A DNA stretch of 64,000 nt from Candidatus Peregrinibacteria bacterium. Its GTDB lineage: Bacteria > Patescibacteriota > Gracilibacteria > UBA1369. The stretch spans positions 1,184,001 through 1,248,000 of the forward strand of contig OY970195.1 of the NCBI GenBank assembly GCA_963708185.1, read 5' to 3'. Shown in pieces: positions 58,637 through 64,000 of this stretch; positions within the stretch are counted from its first letter, which is position 1; each line of letters begins with the position of its first letter. The notes under the pieces were generated by a model that ran no database searches, was not told the DNA's origin, and was given only the letters and a program-made list of their open reading frames with translations. Made by a program: the position numbers and the translations under genes.

Positions 58637-61600
58637 ATGATGGAACGCAAAGAAAAGTTCAAGCCACTTTCCCTGCTTGCGCTTGGAGTGTATCTTGTCA
58701 CGACGCTTATTGCCCCCGTTGCCTTTGCACTCGGAGTGCCTTTGACGTTGCCTCTCGTTAGCGTTACGTCCGTGACGATCACGCCGGCCAGTCCGCTCAT
58801 CATTGTTGGCAACACCCGACAGTTTACTGCGACGGCGAACTTCAGTGACGGCAGCAATGTGGACGTCACCAACAATGCTTCCACGACGTGGTCCGTTGAT
58901 GATCTCGGCGTGGGTACCGTGAATACGACCGGTCTCGTGAGCGCGGTCGCCGCGGGAAATACCAACGTCAACGCGCAGTATCTCGGCGTTACCGGCCATA
59001 CCGATTTCACTGTTTCCAACATCGTTCTTACGTCCGTGACCGTGACTCCGGCCAGTTCCACTTTTTCACAAGGACAGGCCCAGCAGTATACGGCCATTGC
59101 CACCTACAGCGATGCATCCACCGTCAACATCACCAATGATCCGGGTACCGTCTGGTCGGTGACCGACTCCACGCTCGGAAGTATTACTAATACGGGTTTG
59201 TTTTCTGCAAAGAACAAATTGGGATCTTCGACCGTTACCGCCACCTATCAAACCTTCACAGGGACCGCCAACTTTACAGTCCAGGCTGCAGCCGTGTCTC
59301 CCGCCGCTGGAGGCGGATCCGGCGGATCAAGCTCGAGCAGCAGCGGTGCTCCACCGCCAAGCCCGGCCCCGGAGACAACTCCACCGCCGAGCCCGGCTCC
59401 CGAAACAACTCCACCGCCGAGCCCGGCTCCCGAAACAACTCCACCGCCAAGCCCGGCCCCGGAGACAACTCCACCGCCAAGCCCGGCTCCCGAAACAACT
59501 CCACCGCCGAGCCCGGCACCCGAAACAACCCCTCCGCCGGCTCCGGGAATAACAAACACCCCGGAAGGCCAGATTCCTCCTCCGCTTCCGACGATCACGA
59601 TTCCTCCGTTCAGCCCGGATACCACTCCGGCAACGGTTACGTTGACGTCGCAGCCGGCACCGCAGAGTATTTCTGAAGTACTTCAGGGTTTGCTCGGCCA
59701 ACAGTTCATTCCTCCCGAAGACGGCATCACCCGCGGCGAGATCGTGGACAGAATTTTGAAGAAATTTGATATTGAAGGCACCAAGTCGGAATTGATCAGC
59801 AACTGCCGTGAAAACCTGGCGGACTGTCTTTCCATCTTTGCGTCCTATTCCAACTATAGCGGCCTTGAAGAGAACCTTCAGGCTTTGAACGTTCCGGGTT
59901 TCGAGAACGGTATTTTCGGTTCGGCACATGCCCAGGACACGACCCAGCAGGCCGATCCGCAGGTTCTCGGAGCCACGACCGTGGATGCTTCCGACTTCCA
60001 GCTCTATCCCGATACGCCTGTCGGTACGACTTTCCTTGATTCGATCAACAAGGCGACCATGCTCGGTATCGTCAACGGTTATTATGAAGAGCCGACGAGT
60101 CCGTTCAAGCCGGACCGTATCGTCACGCGCATCGAAGCGTTGAAGGTTCTTCTGGACGCCAACGACTTGATGAAATGGAAATACTATTCAGAACTTGAAG
60201 CGTTGCTCGGCGGACCCGACGGCATCAAGAACCAGAAAGTTCCGTTTAACGACGTTTTCCCGGACCGCAGCTACATGTGGTGGTATCCGCGCTACATCAA
60301 TAAAGCCTGCGAAGTGGGCATCATCGCCTGCAAACAGGGAACGAGTTTTGGTCCGGACGAGTTCATGACGAAGACCGAATTCAGCGGATGGATGAACAAT
60401 CTCGACGATTATTTTAAGACGAACGACGTGCCGGCGATTTTGAAAGGCGATCCGGATCTCGACACGCTCCCAACCTACATTGAAGACACGGTGTACCTCA
60501 CTAATCCTCAATCCAAAGATACCGATAACGATAAGCTTCCGGACAACGAAGAGGTCCAGCAGTACCACACCAGTCCGTTCCTCACCGATACGGATGCCGA
60601 CGGACTTTCCGATTATACTGAAGTTACCGTCGATCACACCGACCCGCTCAAAGTCGATACCGACGGTGACGGATACAGTGACGGCGCGGAAATCAGCGCC
60701 GGTACTGATCCGTTGGATCCGAACTCTTTCCCCGGACAGGTCAACGCGGTTACGAATATTCCGCAGTCCTGGGAACAGAAGTACAATATTCACGTTGCCG
60801 ACTGCAGCCAGGATACCGACAGCGACGGACTTTCCGACTGCCTTGAGTACCAGTACGTGACCGATCCGACCAAGGCGGATACCGACGGCGACGGATTCAC
60901 CGATGCCGAGGAAATTTTAACCATGCATACCGATCCGACCGATCCAAATGACCCGGGTCCGGCAAGCGATCCCGCGACGATCGAAAAACTCGGCGCTCGC
61001 ATCACCAACTTTATCGAGGGTCAGCTTGTTGCCGATCCTCAGCCGCTCGTGAAGGGCCTTTCTCCCGCCAACGCGATCGTCGAAATTGTTCTCCGCAACG
61101 ATTACGGCCTTGAAAAGATCATCGGCCAGGCGGTCGCGGACCAGAACAACGTTTTTATCTTCCAGGTTCCTCAGCCCATCCGCGACGGTAAATATTCACT
61201 CGTCGCCCGAGCCTTGATTCCCGATAAAAAGGAGGTGCTTGAATCTCCTCCGGTAAAGATCGTCATCGATTCCACCTTGAAGGTCACGCCGCCGGCTCCG
61301 CGAAAACTTGCCGACCAGCCGGTCACTGACGACAACCTTTTGAAAGACGTCCGTATTGAAATCCGCGACCAGAAACCGGTGCTCGTGGGAAAGACGGATT
61401 TTGGCAGCGAAGTTACGGCAACCTGGAGAAGTATCGTGGTGACGTCGGCGCTGATCGCCGATACAACAACCGGCGACTTCAGCATCCAGGCTCCGAGTAA
61501 CCTCGGCTACGGTGAACATGAGGTCTATGTTCAGGCCGTTCGCAAACAGGACAACGCCATGAGTAAGAATATCCGTCTTTCCTTTGCGGTCAGTCCTCCG

Positions 61601-61783
61601 CTTCCGGGCGGTGAACTCAAGCCGAGTGCTCCCGCACAGTCCCAGACCGTGGCACAGGCGTTCAGTACCTTCGTCCAGCGCCAGGGCTTCCTGTTCTGGT
61701 TGATCATGGGCGTCGTCGCGTTGATTCTTATCGCCACCGGCGCATACTGGTTCAGCGGCGCGTCGGGACGCAAGAAAAAATAG
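58637..61783 (+). CDS. Large surface protein: two Ig-like (Big_2) domains, Pro/Thr linker, SLH motifs, DxDxDG Ca-binding repeats, Ig-like domains, C-terminal TM
   Basis: VTITPA…QFTATA.FSDG; GIVNGY…FKPDRIVTRIEALKVL; DTDGDGYSDGAE repeats; TM followed by RKKK. Confidence 0.88.
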   Translation: MMERKEKFKPLSLLALGVYLVTTLIAPVAFALGVPLTLPLVSVTSVTITPASPLIIVGNTRQFTATANFSDGSNVDVTNNASTTWSVDDLGVGTVNTTGLVSAVAAGNTNVNAQYLGVTGHTDFTVSNIVLTSVTVTPASSTFSQGQAQQYTAIATYSDASTVNITNDPGTVWSVTDSTLGSITNTGLFSAKNKLGSSTVTATYQTFTGTANFTVQAAAVSPAAGGGSGGSSSSSSGAPPPSPAPETTPPPSPAPETTPPPSPAPETTPPPSPAPETTPPPSPAPETTPPPSPAPETTPPPAPGITNTPEGQIPPPLPTITIPPFSPDTTPATVTLTSQPAPQSISEVLQGLLGQQFIPPEDGITRGEIVDRILKKFDIEGTKSELISNCRENLADCLSIFASYSNYSGLEENLQALNVPGFENGIFGSAHAQDTTQQADPQVLGATTVDASDFQLYPDTPVGTTFLDSINKATMLGIVNGYYEEPTSPFKPDRIVTRIEALKVLLDANDLMKWKYYSELEALLGGPDGIKNQKVPFNDVFPDRSYMWWYPRYINKACEVGIIACKQGTSFGPDEFMTKTEFSGWMNNLDDYFKTNDVPAILKGDPDLDTLPTYIEDTVYLTNPQSKDTDNDKLPDNEEVQQYHTSPFLTDTDADGLSDYTEVTVDHTDPLKVDTDGDGYSDGAEISAGTDPLDPNSFPGQVNAVTNIPQSWEQKYNIHVADCSQDTDSDGLSDCLEYQYVTDPTKADTDGDGFTDAEEILTMHTDPTDPNDPGPASDPATIEKLGARITNFIEGQLVADPQPLVKGLSPANAIVEIVLRNDYGLEKIIGQAVADQNNVFIFQVPQPIRDGKYSLVARALIPDKKEVLESPPVKIVIDSTLKVTPPAPRKLADQPVTDDNLLKDVRIEIRDQKPVLVGKTDFGSEVTATWRSIVVTSALIADTTTGDFSIQAPSNLGYGEHEVYVQAVRKQDNAMSKNIRLSFAVSPPLPGGELKPSAPAQSQTVAQAFSTFVQRQGFLFWLIMGVVALILIATGAYWFSGASGRKKK
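59351..59530 (+). repeat. 30-bp coding tandem repeat x6 (PPPSPAPETT)
   Basis: CCACCGCC(A/G)AGCCCGGCnCC(G/C)GA(G/A)ACAAC(T/C) units, no spacers. Confidence 0.95.
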
Positions 61784-61826
61784 GCGCTTCATGCAGCGGC
61801 CCGCTTGATTGAACGTCAGCGCCGGC

Positions 61827-63773
61827 CTAGTACATTCCGGTCTGCAGACTTTCATCCTCCACGTGACCGGGGTTGTTGAGCGCGTCCTCTATTTTCTGCA
61901 GGCCGTAATCGTTGTTGGATTTTTCGTAGGCTTCCCTGGCGGTGTCGAAATCGTTGGTGTAGTATGCGTAATCGCCGATGATGTTGATGTAGTAACTGTT
62001 ATCGCCTTTGGCGTTGTAGACCTGTTCAAAGTTCGATTTTCTGACCGCCGGGTCTTTCGCCATGATGCTGGCCTTTATATAGTAGAGCAGTTTGAGTCTG
62101 GTGTTGGGAAGGTCCATGTCGCCGCGGATGCCGCGGACGACGGGATTTTGCATGGTCGGGGCCGGTATGGAAGGATTGCCGCCGTATTCGTAGACGAAGT
62201 TATAGGGATGCAGCCCCATGTTGATGTAGTTGGGCGGAAGCAGGTCGATGAAGACAGGCTTGCCGCCGTTTTTATCAACCCTGTTTTGCAAAAAATCCTG
62301 GCTCACCGGTGAGGTCGAGTAATAGATTTCCACCTGGACGTCGGGGCGTACGTGTTCGATCTCACGTAAATAGTAGAGCGGGAAGGTCATGTTGTCGCGG
62401 CCGGTGGAGATGAGGTAGCCGCCGGGGGGCAGGCTTTCCAGGGCCAGTTTGTTGAAGTCGTAGGCCACGAAGTTCCTGCTTTCGTTGTTGGGAACAAAGT
62501 TTTTGCCGAGCGTCACGGCGCCGGGAACAAGACAGACAATACTGAACCAGGTGGCGAGCTCTTTATTGGTAAAGCTGTCGTGGAGCCACACAAAGCCTTG
62601 GCTTATGATGATGCCAAGCACCATAATGGAGGGCATCATAAACGGTTCGGTGCTGAAGGTGGCGTAGTCGTTCATGTCCGCGTCGATGGGCGTGAAGATG
62701 AGCAGGATGGTGGTGTAGCAGAGGAACAGCATCAGGATGAAAGCGCCCCACTTGGGATCTTTTTTGAAGAGATAATAGAGGCCGGGCAAAAAGAAGAAGA
62801 GCGGGATGTAGAGGTATTCGCGCGTGATGATTTTGAGCAGTGGGACGAGTCCGTTGCCGTTACCGTTCAAGAAGCGCGTGCCGTAGCTTGTAAAGAAATC
62901 CTTGATGTCCAGGACCCAGGCCGGGAGGTGCTCGACGGCGGCTTCCTGCGTGGCTTCGTCGGTGGGGACGTTGACGGTGCCGCCGTAGATTTTGCGGTTC
63001 ACAAAACTGATAAAGGAGTCCCAGGTGTAGAGTCCATTGTGTTCAATGAAGGCCGGATTATTGTACGGCGCAACATATGTGCGGATGGGCAGATAGGCGT
63101 AGACGGAAAGTCCCAGCGCCAGTAACCCCAGGCAGCCAAAAACGATTTTGGGATTGATGATGACTTTCCAGTTCTTGATGAGCACGTAGAGGCCCATGGC
63201 CGGCAAAGCCAGCAGCAAAAGATGATGGTCGCCGACGCCGATTCCGAAAACCAGGGCCGTTAACAAGAGCCACAAATTCTTTTTTTCTTCATTCCAGCGA
63301 AGAAGCAGATAGATGACGAGCGCCAGGGCGAAGGTGTTCAGGGTGTAGACCTCGGCGCGGTTGGATTGGCTCCAGACGATGCTGGTGAAGGCGTAGAAAA
63401 TGGCGCCGCCAAAGGCGATGATCTCGTTCTTGCCTTTCTTTTTGATGATGAGATAAATAAGCTGGGCGGTGAGTGCGCCAAAGAGTGCGGACATGATGTT
63501 GATGCGCCACGCGGGATTGCCGAAAGGGACGAGGTAGGAAAAAATTTTTCCCAGTATGGTGTAGAGAGGATAGCCGGGCGGGTGGGCGATGTCCGGCAAA
63601 AGCGCGGAGGTGATGAGTTCGCCGGAGTCTTCGGTCTGCACCGTGGGGTACATGGTCAAAAGGTACGTGAAATAGACCACGAAGAAGACGAGCAGCCCGC
63701 TGATTTTTGAAAAGACGATGGCGGCGATTTTTTTGTATTCCGCAGTACGCTTGGAAGTGTGTTTTGTCGGCAT
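61827..63773 (-). CDS. DUF2723 / TMEM260-like GT-C glycosyltransferase (second paralog)
   Basis: EDSGEL…IAHPPGYPLY, WSQSNRAEVYTLN, YAYLPIR, DN..FPLYY…RPDV; start ATG 63773 downstream of the tRNA. Confidence 0.88.
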   Translation of the reverse strand: MPTKHTSKRTAEYKKIAAIVFSKISGLLVFFVVYFTYLLTMYPTVQTEDSGELITSALLPDIAHPPGYPLYTILGKIFSYLVPFGNPAWRINIMSALFGALTAQLIYLIIKKKGKNEIIAFGGAIFYAFTSIVWSQSNRAEVYTLNTFALALVIYLLLRWNEEKKNLWLLLTALVFGIGVGDHHLLLLALPAMGLYVLIKNWKVIINPKIVFGCLGLLALGLSVYAYLPIRTYVAPYNNPAFIEHNGLYTWDSFISFVNRKIYGGTVNVPTDEATQEAAVEHLPAWVLDIKDFFTSYGTRFLNGNGNGLVPLLKIITREYLYIPLFFFLPGLYYLFKKDPKWGAFILMLFLCYTTILLIFTPIDADMNDYATFSTEPFMMPSIMVLGIIISQGFVWLHDSFTNKELATWFSIVCLVPGAVTLGKNFVPNNESRNFVAYDFNKLALESLPPGGYLISTGRDNMTFPLYYLREIEHVRPDVQVEIYYSTSPVSQDFLQNRVDKNGGKPVFIDLLPPNYINMGLHPYNFVYEYGGNPSIPAPTMQNPVVRGIRGDMDLPNTRLKLLYYIKASIMAKDPAVRKSNFEQVYNAKGDNSYYINIIGDYAYYTNDFDTAREAYEKSNNDYGLQKIEDALNNPGHVEDESLQTGMY

Positions 63774-63790
63774 GTGTTTCCAGATCGAAA

Positions 63791-63866
63791 TGGTCGGAGT
63801 GGCGGGACTCGAACCCACGACCTCAGCGTCCCGAACGCTGCGCGCTACCAACTGCGCTACACTCCG
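63791..63866 (-). tRNA. tRNA-Pro (anticodon CGG)
   Basis: CGGAGTG…CAGCG-TTCGGGA-CGCTG…GTGGGTTCGAGTCCCGC-CACTCCG-ACCA. Confidence 0.97.
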
Positions 63867-63923
63867 TCGGCGTTCATTATCCTTATATTTGCGCTCGCGG
63901 GCAAGCCATTATACACTGCTCCC

Positions 63924-64000
63924 ATGAAACTCAAGTTTATGCATATTCCGGCTCTGGTTCTGCTGCTGGTGGCCGTGACGTTTGGCGGCTGCGCACCGGA
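63924..64000 (+). CDS. 5' end of a probable lipoprotein (truncated by window)
   Basis: MKLKFMHIPALVLLLVAVTFGGCAP; promoter TTGCGC-N17-TACACT upstream. Confidence 0.6.
   Translation, partial: MKLKFMHIPALVLLLVAVTFGGCAP

Noticed and set aside
59351-59530. 30-bp repeats as a CRISPR array
   Set aside because: Units are contiguous with no spacers, vary at third codon positions, lie in frame in a CDS, and no cas genes are present
63774-63851. N-terminal extension of ORF 61827..63851
   Set aside because: Overlaps tRNA-Pro; real start is most likely ATG 63773
1-64000. Alternative genetic code 25 (TGA=Gly) as in Gracilibacteria
   Set aside because: Long conserved genes contain no in-frame TGA, and TGA ends holB and the second ECF sigma at expected positions

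Overview
Bacterial chromosomal segment in genetic code 11. The gene content (SLH proteins, ECF sigma/anti-sigma pairs, many orphan secreted proteins, almost no Shine-Dalgarno sites) suggests a Patescibacteria/CPR genome, possibly Peregrinibacteria-like; this is inference. The first ~33 kb is mostly housekeeping: infC-rpmI-rplT, murF, holB, rny, cysteine desulfurase, dnaN, mfd, epmA-efp, tmRNA, an ArfB-like GGQ factor and two ECF sigma modules, with four apparent single-base frameshifts that look like sequencing errors. The last ~32 kb is a cell-surface island. It holds a Wzx/GT/O-antigen-ligase-like glycan cluster, an ~18 kb array of seven divergent WxL-like domains and six DUF916-like (WxL-interacting) membrane proteins, a polyprenol-P-sugar synthase, two DUF2723/TMEM260-like GT-C transferases flanking an Ig/Pro-Thr/SLH surface protein, and tRNA-Pro(CGG). 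The best candidate for an undescribed system is the WxL/DUF916 array. It has a probable major subunit with its own strong promoter and terminator, adhesin-fused subunits, a membrane-tethered subunit, a shared signal-peptide motif and neighbouring protein glycosylation enzymes, which together suggest a glycosylated, sortase-independent surface fibre. All domain calls are by eye, without database searches.
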